The position numbers and the translations under genes were made by a program. Shown here in pieces: positions 13,201 through 28,200 of a stretch of DNA of 64,000 nucleotides. This DNA is from Hydrolagus colliei (Eukaryota). The notes below the pieces were generated by a model. It saw nothing but the letters and a program-made list of their open reading frames with translations, had not been told where the DNA came from and made no database searches. The stretch covers positions 15,872,001 to 15,936,000 of the forward strand of contig CM068757.1 of the NCBI GenBank assembly GCA_035084275.1. Reading direction: 5' to 3'. How positions within the stretch are numbered: position 1 is the first letter of the stretch; each line of letters starts with the position of its first letter.

Positions 13201-16200
13201 TCACATGGACCACATTTTTAAATGTACGTTAGATATTGGGTTTCTTTCTTCTTGTTATTGGTGATGGAGGGAAACAGCTGATATTAATCCTGCAGCAGTC
13301 ACCAGCTTCTACCCATTTTATGGTTAGTGCCTAGCAGACATCACTTCCAAATCTTGTTGAATGTACAACCACAGGAATTGTGCCACTACCTATTCAAAGG
13401 AGCCTCTTCGTGCGATGTTGCGACTTGCTTCATTCATTCACTCACGTTTTTCGACTCAATTGTACATCTTCTATTTACTGCAGGCGATGTCCAGAACACA
13501 CCAGCAAGTAAGTGTTGTCTTCACACACCTTGTGCTACGGGGATGTAGGAAGATATTAAACAGATGATTAATTTGATCTTGAGGGGTTTATCTTTTGAAA
13601 CTCGATGAATGATTTAGCAGACTTGAACATCAGACTTGTGCACAAGATCACATTTGCTAAGCAATGCCTCTTATCTAATATTGTCAGCAGCATTCCCCAC
13701 AGAGTCTTCGACAACATTCTCTACAACAACAGGTATTTGTGAAATTTTCAGTCTTGGTGTCTTCATCAATCTTTACTTTGATACAAAACAGCAACCATCA
13801 TATGCTAACCTCGAATTCTGTTGAAGGTTGATGCAATATATTTCTCCTCAACCTCTTACTTTCTAGCACCAACAACTAAAACATCAACAACCCCCTCTAC
13901 GACAGCAGCTAAACAAAGAACAACTTCCAACTCTACATTTCCTGAGCAAACATCTACTTGATTGTCTTCACATTTCTCTATTACTGTCACAATCGCCCTC
14001 CTTTAACTCATTGTTATCTCATTCTCTACGGTTTCCACAGGATGCGCACGCATGTCTTCATCAACAACCACCACTGAAACTGGTGAGGAACAGCACATTT
14101 CTACAGACGCAACTGTTACATATCACATAGAGAAATCAGGCTACAAGAATCCTGCCATTGGCTTTGGCCAGAACAGCAGCCACTCTCCCAGTATCAATGC
14201 CTGGCTCAAACTTCAGCTTCAAGCAACTGAAAGAGGAGAATCATCTGAAGCATTCAGTCCGATTGCTCCACATTTATTCCTTCAAATTCTCACTTTAGAG
14301 CAACATCAGAAAACACTCTGACACAATGCTCAGCAACACTCTTCAATCCAACAACAGTTGTAGCCACATTAACTGCCTTTCACTCAACTACTTGAATTAC
14401 CCATGCACACTTTGTCCAGAGCAGTCTCCAATGCCCATTTTTCCATTGATACTATGTTGAATGGAAACACTTGAAGCTTGCTTCTGGAGGTTCCTGGACC
14501 AATCTTTCTCAAGAAGCAGCGCAGCTGCTAATGAACAACACACCTGGCACTGCCACATTGCCTCTATTGTGTATCAATAGCAGCAGTAAACCACACGACC
14601 AGCCACTCCATTTTGTTTCCCTGCTGTGACATTAATTGTGCCCATTCATGCTGCCAACTCCATTGAAAGACAAAAACTAGCTGGAAGAATCACATTCGTT
14701 TCTGTGCTTTCCAATCTTTCCAACTTTCTATTCCAACAGAAACATCAACAGCCACGACTTCGACATCAGGTATACAAAGAGCAGAAGCTTCTCTCCTCCC
14801 ATTTACGGTGCAATATCCCCTTTGACCACCTGTGATTCAAACTTCCATTAACTATTTGCCATCCTGTAAGAATGTATCCTCTGTGAGCATTAGACAAATG
14901 AAATGTCCTTTCCCTTATGTCCAGCTGGAATCACACAGCACTTTTTCACACGTACTTTAGTTATTGGGTTTCTTTCTTCTTGTTAGTGCTGATGGAGGGA
15001 AACAGCCAATATTAACCTTGCAGCAGATACCAGCTTCTGCCCATTACCTGGTGATCGCAGGGCCAGAAACATTTCCAAATCTTGTTGAGGGAGTAACCAC
15101 AGGAATTGTGTCGCGACATATTGAAAGGAGACTCTCAGCATGATGTTGTAACTTGACTCATTCATTCACATTTTTCCACTCAATTGTAAACCCTTCGATC
15201 TACTGCAAATATTGTTATGGACAGAGCAATAAGAAAGGTGGCACTAGCACAGCTAGTGCTACCGGGATGTAGAAATATATCAAACAGATGATTGAATTGA
15301 ACTTCAAGCGGTTTTCTTTTGAAATTTGATGAGTGATTTAGAAGAACTGCACATTATTCTTGTGCACCAGATCATTTTTGCTAAGCAATCTCTCGTTTCC
15401 AATGTTGTCAGCAGCATTCACCTCACAGGCATCGACAACCTTCTCTACAACCACGGGTATTTGTGTTATTGTCATTCTTGGTGCTTTCATTCAATACAGC
15501 GTCATCGTAAAAATAGCCACTATGATAAATTAACCTCTATTGCTACTAATATTTGATGCAATATATTTCTCCTCAACTTCTTACTTTCTAGCAACAACAA
15601 CTAAAACATCAACAACCCCCTCTACGACAGCAGGTAAACAAAGAACAACTTCCAACTCTACATTTCCTGAGCAAACATCTACTTGATTGTCTTCACGTTT
15701 CTCTATTACAGTCACAATCACCCTCCTTTAACTCATTGTTATCTCATTCTCTACGGTTTCCACAGGATGCGCACGCATGTCTTCATCAACAACCACCACT
15801 GAAACTGGTGAGGAACAGCACATTTCTACAGACACAACTGTTACATATCACATAGAGAAATCAGGCTACAAGAATCCTGCCATTAGCTTTGCCCACAACA
15901 GCAGCCACTCTCCCAGTATCATTGCCAAACACTAGCTCAAACTTCAGCTTCAAGCAACTGAAAGAGGAGAATCATCTGAAGCATTCAGTCCGATTGCTCC
16001 ACATTTATTCCTTCAAATTCTCACTTTAGAGCAACATCAGAAAACACTCTGACGCAATGCTCAGCAACACTCTTCACTCCAACAACAGTTGTAGCCACAT
16101 TACCTGCCTTTGACTCAACTACTTGAATTACCCGTGTACACTCTGTCCAGAGCAGTCTCCAATGCCCATTTTTCCATTGATACGATGTTGAATGGAAACA

Positions 16201-19200
16201 CTGGAAGCTTGCTTCTGGAGGTTCCTGGACCAATCTTTCTCAAGAAGCAGCACAGCTGCTAATGAACAACACACCTGGCACTGCCACGTTGCCTCTATTG
16301 TGTATCAATAGCAGCAGTAAACCACACGACCAGCCACTCCATTTTGTTTCCCTGCTGTGACATTAATTGTGCCCATTCATGCTGCCAACTCCATTGAAAG
16401 ACAAAAACTAGCTGGAAGAATCACATTTGTTTCTGTGCTTTCCAATCTTTCCAACTTTCTATTCCAACAGAAACATCAACAGCCACGACTTCGACATCAG
16501 GTATACAAAGAGCAGAAGCTTCTCTCCTCCCATTTACGGTGCAATATCCCCTTTGACCACCTGTGATTCAAACTTCCATTAACTATTTGCCATCCTGTAA
16601 GAATGTAGCCTCTGTGAGCATTAGACAAATGAAATGTCCTTTCCCTTATGTCCAGCTGGAATCACACAGCACTTTTTCACACGTACTTTAGTTACTGGGT
16701 TTCTTTCTTCTTGTTAGTGCTGATGGAGGGAAACAGCCAATATTAACCTTGCAGCAGATACCAGCTTCTGCCCATTACCTGGTGATCGCAGGGCCAGAAA
16801 CATTTCCAAATCTTGTTGAGGGCGTAACCACAGGAATTGTGTCGCGAGATATTGAAAGGAGACTCGCAGCATGATGCTGTAACTTGCCTCATTCATTCAC
16901 GTTTTTCCACTCAATTGTAAACCCTTCGATGTACTGCAGACATTGTCATGCACAGACCAATGAGAAGGTTGTGTGTTCACACAGCTAGTGCTACCAGCAT
17001 GTAGAAAGATATTAAACAGATGATTGTGTTCAACTTGAAGCATTTTTTTTTCAAATTTGATGAGTGATTTAGGAGAACTGCACATTATACTTGTGCACCA
17101 GATCACTTTTGCTAAGCAGCGTCTCTTTTCCAATGCTGTCAGCAGCATTCACCACAGAGCCATCGACAACTTTCTCAACAACCACAGTTATTTGTGTTAC
17201 TGTCAGTGCCTTTGTCAACCTTCACTTCAATACAATGTCCTCGTAAGAATAGCCACTATGATAACTTAACCTCTATTTCTACTAAAAGTTGATGCAATAT
17301 GTTTCTCATCATTACATTCTAGCACCAACAACAACTACTACAACAGCAGCCCCCACTACAATAACAGGTAAACAAAGAACAAATTCCAACTCTCCATTCC
17401 AGAACAAACATCTTATTAACTATAAACTTCCATTGTATATTTGCCATCCTGTAAGAATGCAGCCTCTATGATCATTACACAAACGATGTGTCCTGTCCCT
17501 TATGTCCTACTGGATTCACATGGACCACATTTTTAAATGTACGTTAGATATTGGGTTTCTTTCTTCTTGTTATTGGTGATGGAGGGAAACAGCTGATATT
17601 AATCCTGCAGCAGTCACCAGCTTCTACCCATTTTATGGTTAGTGCCTAGCAGACATCACTTCCAAATCTTGTTGAATGTACAACCACAGGAATTGTGCCA
17701 CTACCTATTCAAAGGAGCCTCTTCGTGCGATGTTGCGACTTGCTTCATTCATTCACTCACGTTTTTCGACTCAATTGTACATCTTCTATTTACTGCAGGC
17801 GATGTCCAGAACACACCAGCAAGTAAGTGTTGTCTTCACACACCTTGTGCTACGGGGATGTAGGAAGATATTAAACAGATGATTAATTTGATCTTGAGGG
17901 GTTTATCTTTTGAAACTCGATGAATGATTTAGCAGACTTGAACATCAGACTTGTGCACAAGATCACATTTGCTAAGCAATGCCTCTTATCTAATATTGTC
18001 AGCAGCATTCCCCACAGAGTCTTCGACAACATTCTCTACAACAACAGGTATTTGTGAAATTTTCAGTCTTGGTGTCTTCATCAATCTTTACTTTGATACA
18101 AAACAGCAACCATCATATGCTAACCTCGAATTCTGTTGAAGGTTGATGCAATATATTTCTCCTCAACCTCTTACTTTCTAGCACCAACAACTAAAACATC
18201 AACAACCCCCTCTACGACAGCAGCTAAACAAAGAACAACTTCCAACTCTACATTTCCTGAGCAAACATCTACTTGATTGTCTTCACATTTCTCTATTACT
18301 GTCACAATCGCCCTCCTTTAACTCATTGTTATCTCATTCTCTACGGTTTCCACAGGATGCGCACGCATGTCTTCATCAACAACCACCACTGAAACTGGTG
18401 AGGAACAGCACATTTCTACAGACGCAACTGTTACATATCACATAGAGAAATCAGGCTACAAGAATCCTGCCATTGGCTTTGGCCAGAACAGCAGCCACTC
18501 TCCCCGTATCAATGCCTGGCTCAAACTTCAGCTTCAAGCAACTGAAAGAGGAGAATCATCTGAAGCATTCAGTCCGATTGCTCCACATTTATTCCTTCAA
18601 ATTCTCACTTTAGAGCAACATCAGAAAACACTCTGACGCAATGCTCAGCAACACTCTTCACTCCAACAACAGTTGTAGCCACATTACCTACCTTTGACTC
18701 AACTACTTGAATTACCCGTGTACACTCTGTCCAGAGCAGTCTCCAATGCCCATTTTTCCATTGATACGATGTTGAATGGAAACACTGGAAGCTTGCTTCT
18801 GGAGGTTCCTGGACCAATCTTTCTCAAGAAGCAGCACAGCTGCTAATGAACAACACACCTGGCACTGCCACATTGCCTCTATTGTGTATCAATAGCAGCA
18901 GTAAACCACACGACCAGCCACTCCATTTTGTTTCCCTGCTGTGACATTAATTGTGCCCATTCATGCTGCCAACTCCATTGAAAGACAAAAACTAGCTGGA
19001 AGAATCACATTCGTTTCTGTGCTTTCCAATCTTTCCAACTTTCTATTCCAACAGAAACATCAACAGCCACGACTTCGACATCAGGTATACAAAGAGCAGA
19101 AGCTTCTCTCCTCCCATTTACGGTGCAATATCCCCTTTGACCACCTGTGATTCAAACTTCCATTAACTATTTGCCATCCTGTAAGAATGTATCCTCTGTG

Positions 19201-22200
19201 AGCATTAGACAAATGAAATGTCCTTTCCCTTATGTCCAGCTGGAATCACACAGCACTTTTTCACACGTACTTTAGTTATTGGGTTTCTTTCTTCTTGTTA
19301 GTGCTGATGGAGGGAAACAGCCAATATTAACCTTGCAGCAGATACCAGCTTCTGCCCATTACCTGGTGATCGCAGGGCCAGAAACATTTCCAAATCTTGT
19401 TGAGGGCGTAACCACAGGAATTGTGTCGCGACATATTGAAAGGAGACTCTCAGCATGATGTTGTAACTTGACTCATTCATTCACATTTTTCCACTCAATT
19501 CTAAACCCTTCGATCTACTGCAGACATTGCCATGGACAGAGCAATAAGAAAGGATGTAGAAAGATATCAAACAGATGATTGAATTGAACTTCAAGCGGTT
19601 TTCTTTTGAAATTTGATGAGTGATTTAGAAGAACTGCACATTATTCTTGTGCACCAGATCATTTTTGCTAAGCAATCTCTCGTTTCCAATGTTGTCAGCA
19701 GCATTCACCTCACAGGCATCGACAACCTTCTCTACAACCACGGGTATTTGTGTTATTGTCATTCTTGGTGCTTTCATTCAATACAGCGTCATCGTAAAAA
19801 TAGCCACTATGATAAATTAACCTCTATTGCTACGAATATTTAATGCAATATATTTCTCGTCAGACATGATAAATACCACTTTTTATTTTGCAGCACCAAC
19901 AACTGCAACATCAACAATACCCACAACAACAACAGGTAAACAAGGAACAACTTCCCACTCTCCATTCCAGAACAAACATCTACTTGATTGTCTTCACTTT
20001 TCTCTATTAAAGTCACAATCGCGCTCTTCATTGTTATCTCTTTTCCTATTGTTTCTATTTGATGCGCACGCATGTCTTCATTCAACAACCACCACTGAAA
20101 CTGGTGAGGAACAGCACATTTCTACAGACACAACTGTTACATATCACATAGAGAAATCAGGCTACAAGAATCCTGCCACTTGCTTTGGCCACAACAGCAG
20201 CCACTCTCCCAGTATCATTGCCAAACACTAGCTCAAACTTCAGCTTCAAGAGACTGAAAAAGGAGAATCATCTGAAGCATTCAGTCAGATTGCTCCACAT
20301 TTATTCCTTCAAATTGTCACTTTAGAGAAACATCAGAAAACACTCTGACACAATGCTCAGCAACATCCTTCACTCCAATAACAGTTGTAGCCACATTAAC
20401 TGCCTTTGATTCAACTACTCGAATTACCCGTCCAGAGCATTACTTTGTCCAGAGCAGTCTCCAATGCCCATTTTGCCATTGATACTATGTTGAATGGAAA
20501 CACTTGAAGCTTCCTTCTGGAGGTTCCTAGACCAATCTTTCTCAAGAAACAGCGCAGCTGCTAATGACCAACACACCTGCACTGGCACAATGCCTCTATC
20601 GTGTATCAACAGCAGCAGTAAACCACACGACCAGCCACTCCATTTTGTTTCCCTGCTGTGACATTAATTGTGCCCATTCATGCTGCCAACTCCATTGAAA
20701 GACAAAAACTGGCTGAAAGAATCACATTCATTTCTGTTCTTTCCAATCTTTCCAACTTTCTATTCCGACAGAAACATCAACAGCCACGACTTTGATATCA
20801 GGTATAAACGAGCAGAAGCTTCTCTCTTCCCATTTACGGTACAATGTCCTCTGTGTCCACCTGTGATTCAAACTTCCATTAACTATTTGCCATCCTGTAA
20901 GAACACAGCCTCAATGAGCATTAGACAAACGATATGTCCTTTCCACTATGTCCTGCAAGAATCACATAGACCATTTTTTCACGTGTAATTTAAATATTGG
21001 ATTTCTTTCTTCTTGTTAGTGCTGCTGGAGGGAAACAGCCAATTTTATCCCTGCAGCAGATACCAGCAGCGGACACCATTACCTGGTGACCGCTGGGCAA
21101 GAAACATTTCCAAATCTTGTTGAGGGCACAACCACAGGAATTGAGTCACTAGATATTGAAAGGAGACTCTTAGCATGATGCTGTAACTTGCCTCATTCAT
21201 TCACGTTTTTCCACTCAATTGTAAACCCTTCGATGTACTGCAGACATTGTCATGCACAGACCAATGAGAAGGTTGTGTGTTCACACAGCAAGTGCTACCA
21301 GCATGTAGAAAGATATTAAACAGATGATTGTGTTCAACTTGAAGCATTTTTGTTTCAAATTTGATGAGTGATTTAGGAGAACTGCACATTATACTTGTGC
21401 ACCAGATCACTTTTGCTAAGCAGCGTCTCTTTTCCAATGCTGTCAGCAGCATTCACCACAGAGCCATCGACAACTTTCTCAACAACCACAGTTATTTGTG
21501 TTACTGTCAGTGCCTTTGTCAACCTTCACTTCAATACAATGTCCTCGTAAGAATAGCCACTATGATAACTTAACCTCTATTTCTACTAAAAGTTGATGCA
21601 ATATGTTTCTCATCATTACATTCTAGCACCAACAACAACTACTACAACAGCAGCCCCCACTACAATAACAGGTAAACAAAGAACAAATTCCAACTCTCCA
21701 TTCCAGAACAAACATCTTATTAACTATAAACTTCCATTGTATATTTGCCATCCTGTAAGAATGCAGCCTCTATGATCATTACACAAACGATGTGTCCTGT
21801 CCCTTATGTCCTACTGGATTCACATGGACCACATTTTTAAATGTACGTTAGATATTGGGTTTCTTTCTTCTTGTTATTGGTGATGGAGGGAAACAGCTGA
21901 TATTAATCCTGCAGCAGTCACCAGCTTCTACCCATTTTATGGTTAGTGCCCGGCAGACATCACTTCCAAATCTTGTTGAATGTATAACCACAGGAATTGT
22001 GCCACTAACTATTCAAAGGAGCCTCTTCGTGCGATGTTCCGATTTGCTTCATTCATTCACTCATGTTTTTCGACTCAATTGTACATCCTTCTATTTACTG
22101 CAGGCAGTGTCCGGAACACAGCACCAAGTAAGTGTTGTCTTCACACATCTTGTGCTACGGGGATCTAGGAAGATATTAAACAGATGATTAATTTGATCTT

Positions 22201-25200
22201 GAGGGGTTTATCTTTTGAAACTCGATGAATGATTTAGCAGACTTGAACATCAGACATGTGCACAAGATCACATTTGCTAAGCAATGCCTCTTATCTAATA
22301 TTGTCAGCAGCATTCCCCACAGAGTCTTCGACAACATTCTCTACAACAACAGGTATTTGTGAAATTGTCAGTCTTGGTGCCTTCATCAATCTTTACTTTG
22401 ATACAAAACAGCAACCATCATATGCTAACCTCGAATTCTGTTGAAGGTTGATGCAATATATTTCTCCTCAACTTCTTACTTTCTAGCAACAACAACTAAA
22501 ACATCAACAACCCCCTCTACGACATCAGGTAAACAAAGAACAACTTCCAACTCTACATTTCCTGAGCAAACATCTACTTGATTGTCTTCACATTTCTCTA
22601 TTACAGTCACAATCGCCCTCCTTTAACTCATTGTTATCTCATTCTCTACGGTTTCCACAGGATGCGCACGCATGTCTTCATCAACAACCACCACTGAAAC
22701 TGGTGAGGAACAGCACATTTCTACAGACACAACTGTTACATATCACATAGAGAAATCAGGCTACAAGAATCCTGCCACTTGCTTTGGCCACAACAGCAGC
22801 CACTCTCCCAGTATTATTGCCAAATACTAGCTCAAACTTCAGCTTCAAGCAACTGAAAGAGGAGAATCATCTGAAGCATTTAGTTGCTCCACATTTATTC
22901 CTTCAAATTCTCACTTTAGAGCAACATCAGAAAACACTCTGACACAATGCTCAGCAACACTGTTCACTCCAATAACAGTTGTAGCCACATTAACTGCCTT
23001 TGATTCAACTACTCGAATTACCCGTGTACACTTTGTCCAGAGCAGTCTCCAATGCCCATTTTGCCATTGATACTATGTTGAATGGAAACACTTGAAGCTT
23101 CCTTCTGGAGGTTCCTAGACCAATCTTTCTCAAGAAACAGCGCAGCTGCTAATGACCAACACACCTGCACTGGCACAATGCCTCTATCGTGTATCAACAG
23201 CAGCAGTAAACCACACGACCAGCCACTCCATTTTGTTTCCCTGCTGTGACATTAATTGTGCCCATTCATGCTGCCAACTCCATTGAAAGACAAAAACTGG
23301 CTGAAAGAATCACATTCATTTCTGTGCTTTCCAATCTTTCCAACTTTCTATTCCGACAGAAACATCAACAGCCACGACTTTGATATCAGGTATAAACGAG
23401 CAGAAGCTTCTCTCTTCCCATTTACGGTACAATGTCCTCTGTGTCCACCTGTGATTCAAACTTCCATTAACTATTTGCCATCCTGTAAGAACACAGCCTC
23501 AATGAGCATTAGACAAACGATATGTCCTTTCCACTATGTCCTGCAAGAATCACATAGACCATTTTTTCACGTGTAATTTAAATATTGGATTTCTTTCTTC
23601 TTGTTAGTGCTGCTGGAGGGAAACAGCCAATTTTATCCCTGCAGCAGATACCAGCTTCTACCCATTACCTGGTGACCGCTGGGCAAGAAACATTTCCAAA
23701 TCTTGTTGAGGGCACAACCACAGGAATTGAGTCACTAGATATTGAAAGGAGACTCTTAGCATGATGCTGTAACTTGCCTCATTCATTCACGTTTTTCCAC
23801 TCAATTGTAAACCCTTCGATGTACTGCAGACATTGTCATGCACAGACCAATGAGAAGGTTGTGTGTTCACACAGCTAGTGCTACCAGCATGTAGAAAGAT
23901 ATTAAACGGATGATTGTGTTCAACTTGAAGCATTTTTTTCTCAAATTTGATGAGTGATTTAGGAGAACTGCACATTATACTTGTGCACCAGATCACTTTT
24001 GCTAAGCAGCGTCTCTTTTCCAATGCTGTCAGCAGCATTCACCACAGAGCCATCGACAACTTTCTCAACAACCACAGTTATTTGTGTTACTGTCAGTGCC
24101 TTTGTCAACCTTCACTTCAATACAATGTCCTCGTAAGAATAGCCACTATGATAACTTAACCTCTATTTCTACTAAAAGTTGATGCAATATGTTTCTCATC
24201 ATTACATTCTAGCACCAACAACAACTACTACAACAGCAGCCCCCACTACAATAACAGGTAAACAAAGAACAAATTCCAACTCTCCATTCCAGAACAAACA
24301 TCTTATTAACTATAAACTTCCATTGTATATTTGCCATCCTGTAAGAATGCAGCCTCTATGATCATTACACAAACGATGTGTCCTGTCCCTTATGTCCTAC
24401 TGGATTCACATGGACCACATTTTTAAATGTACGTTAGATATTGGGTTTCTTTCTTCTTGTTATTGGTGATGGAGGGAAACAGCTGATATTAATCCTGCAG
24501 CAGTCACCAGCTTCTACCCATTTTATGGTTAGTGCCCGGCAGACATCACTTCCAAATCTTGTTGAATGTATAACCACAGGAATTGTGCCACTAACTATTC
24601 AAAGGAGCCTCTTCGTGCGATGTTCCGACTTGCTTCATTCATTCACTCACGTTTTTCGACTCAATTGTACATCCTTCTATTTACTGCAGGCAGTGTCCGG
24701 AACACAGCACCAAGTAAGTGTTGTCTTCACACATCTTGTGCTACGGGGATCTAGGAAGATATTAAACAGATGATTAATTTGATCTTGAGGGGTTTATCTT
24801 TTGAAACTCGATGAATGATTTAGCAGACTTGAACATCAGACATGTGCACAAGATCACATTTGCTAAGCAATGCCTCTTATCTAATATTGTCAGCAGCATT
24901 CCCCACAGAGTCTTCGACAACATTCTCTACAACAACAGGTATTTGTGAAATTGTCAGTCTTGGTGCCTTCATCAATCTTTACTTTGATACAAAACAGCAA
25001 CCATCATATGCTAACCTCGAATTCTGTTGAAGGTTGATGCAATATATTTCTCCTCAACTTCTTACTTTCTAGCAACAACAACTAAAACATCAACAACCCC
25101 CTCTACGACATCAGGTAAACAAAGAACAACTTCCAACTCTACATTTCCTGAGCAAACATCTACTTGATTGTCTTCACATTTCTCTATTACAGTCACAATC

Positions 25201-28200
25201 GCCCTCCTTTAACTCATTGTTATCTCATTCTCTACGGTTTCCACAGGATGCGCACGCATGTCTTCATCAACAACCACCACTGAAACTGGTGAGGAACAGC
25301 ACATTTCTACAGACACAACTGTTACATATCACATAGAGAAATCAGGCTACAAGAATCCTGCCACTTGCTTTGGCCACAACAGCAGCCACTCTCCCAGTAT
25401 TATTGCCAAATACTAGCTCAAACTTCAGCTTCAAGCAACTGAAAGAGGAGAATCATCTGAAGCATTTAGTTGCTCCACATTTATTCCTTCAAATTCTCAC
25501 TTTAGAGCAACATCAGAAAACACTCTGACACAATGCTCAGCAACACTGTTCACTCCAATAACAGTTGTAGCCACATTAACTGCCTTTGATTCAACTACTC
25601 GAATTACCCGTGTACACTTTGTCCAGAGCAGTCTCCAATGCCCATTTTGCCATTGATACTATGTTGAATGGAAACACTTGAAGCTTCCTTCTGGAGGTTC
25701 CTAGACCAATCTTTCTCAAGAAACAGCGCAGCTGCTAATGACCAACACACCTGCACTGGCACAATGCCTCTATCGTGTATCAACAGCAGCAGTAAACCAC
25801 ACGACCAGCCACTCCATTTTGTTTCCCTGCTGTGACATTAATTGTGCCCATTCATGCTGCCAACTCCATTGAAAGACAAAAACTGGCTGAAAGAATCACA
25901 TTCATTTCTGTGCTTTCCAATCTTTCCAACTTTCTATTCCGACAGAAACATCAACAGCCACGACTTTGATATCAGGTATAAACGAGCAGAAGCTTCTCTC
26001 TTCCCATTTACGGTACAATGTCCTCTGTGTCCACCTGTGATTCAAACTTCCATTAACTATTTGCCATCCTGTAAGAACACAGCCTCAATGAGCATTAGAC
26101 AAACGATATGTCCTTTCCACTATGTCCTGCAAGAATCACATAGACCATTTTTTCACGTGTAATTTAAATATTGGATTTCTTTCTTCTTGTTAGTGCTGCT
26201 GGAGGGAAACAGCCAATTTTATCCCTGCAGCAGATACCAGCTTCTACCCATTACCTGGTGACCGCTGGGCAAGAAACATTTCCAAATCTTGTTGAGGGCA
26301 CAACCACAGGAATTGAGTCACTAGATATTGAAAGGAGACTCTTAGCATGATGCTGTAACTTGCCTCATTCATTCACGTTTTTCCACTCAATTGTAAACCC
26401 TTCGATGTACTGCAGACATTGTCATGCACAGACCAATGAGAAGGTTGTGTGTTCACACAGCTAGTGCTACCAGCATGTAGAAAGATATTAAACGGATGAT
26501 TGTGTTCAACTTGAAGCATTTTTTTCTCAAATTTGATGAGTGATTTAGGAGAACTGCACATTATACTTGTGCACCAGATCACTTTTGCTAAGCAGCGTCT
26601 CTTTTCCAATGCTGTCAGCAGCATTCACCACAGAGCCATCGACAACTTTCTCAACAACCACAGTTATTTGTGTTACTGTCAGTGCCTTTGTCAACCTTCA
26701 CTTCAATACAATGTCCTCGTAAGAATAGCCACTATGATAACTTAACCTCTATTTCTACTAAAAGTTGATGCAATATGTTTCTCATCATTACATTCTAGCA
26801 CCAACAACAACTACTACAACAGCAGCCCCCACTACAATAACAGGTAAACAAAGAACAAATTCCAACTCTCCATTCCAGAACAAACATCTTATTAACTATA
26901 AACTTCCATTGTATATTTGCCATCCTGTAAGAATGCAGCCTCTATGATCATTACACAAACGATGTGTCCTGTCCCTTATGTCCTACTGGATTCACATGGA
27001 CTACATTTTTAAATGTACGTTAGATATTGGGTTTCTTTCTTCTTGTTATTGGTGATGGAGGGAAACAGCTGATATTAATCCTGCAGCAGTCACCAGCTTC
27101 TACCCATTTTATGGTTAGTGCCCGGCAGACATCACTTCCAAATCTTGTTGAATGTATAACCACAGGAATTGTGCCACTAACTATTCAAAGGAGCCTCTTC
27201 GTGCGATGTTCCGACTTGCTTCATTCATTCACTCATGTTTTTCGACTCAATTGTACATCCTTCTATTTACTGCAGGCAGTGTCCGGAACACAGCACCAAG
27301 TAAGTGTTGTCTTCACACACTTTGTACTACGGGGATCTAGGAAGATATTAAACAGATGATTAAATTGATCTTGAGGGGTTTATCATTTGAAACTCGATGA
27401 ATGATTTAGCAGACTTGAACATCAGACATGTGCACAAGATCACATTTGCTAAGCAATGCCTCTTATCTAATATTGTCAGCAGCATTCCCCACAGAGTCTT
27501 CGACAACATTCTCTACAACAACAGGTATTTGTGAAATTGTCAGTCTTGGTGTCTTCATCAATCTTTACTTTGATACAAAACAGCAACCATCATATGCTAA
27601 CCTCGAATTCTGTTGAAGGTTGATGCAATATATTTCTCCTCAACTTCTTACTTTCTAGCAACAACAACTAAAACATCAACAACCCCCTCTACGACATCAG
27701 GTAAACAAAGAACAACTTCCAACTCTACATTTCCTGAGCAAACATCTACTTGATTGTCTTCACATTTCTCTATTACAGTCACAATCGCCCTCCTTTAACT
27801 CATTGTTATCTAATTCTCTACGGTTTCCACAGGATGCGCACGCATGTCTTCATCAACAACCACCACTGAAACTGGTGAGGAACAGCACATTTCTACAGAC
27901 ACAACTGTTACATATCACATAGAGAAATCAGGCTACAAGAATCCTGCCATTGGCTTTGCCCACAACAGCAGCCACTCTCCCAGTATCATTGCCAAACACT
28001 AGCTCAAACTTCAGCTTCAAGCAACTGAAAGAACAGAATCATCTGAAGCATTCAGTCCGATTGCTCCACATTTATTCCTTCAAATTCTCACTTTAGAGCA
28101 ACATCAGAAAACACTCTGACACAATGCTCAGCAACACTCTTCACTTCAATAACAGTTGTAATGACATTAACTGCCTTTGACTCAACTACTTGAATTACTC

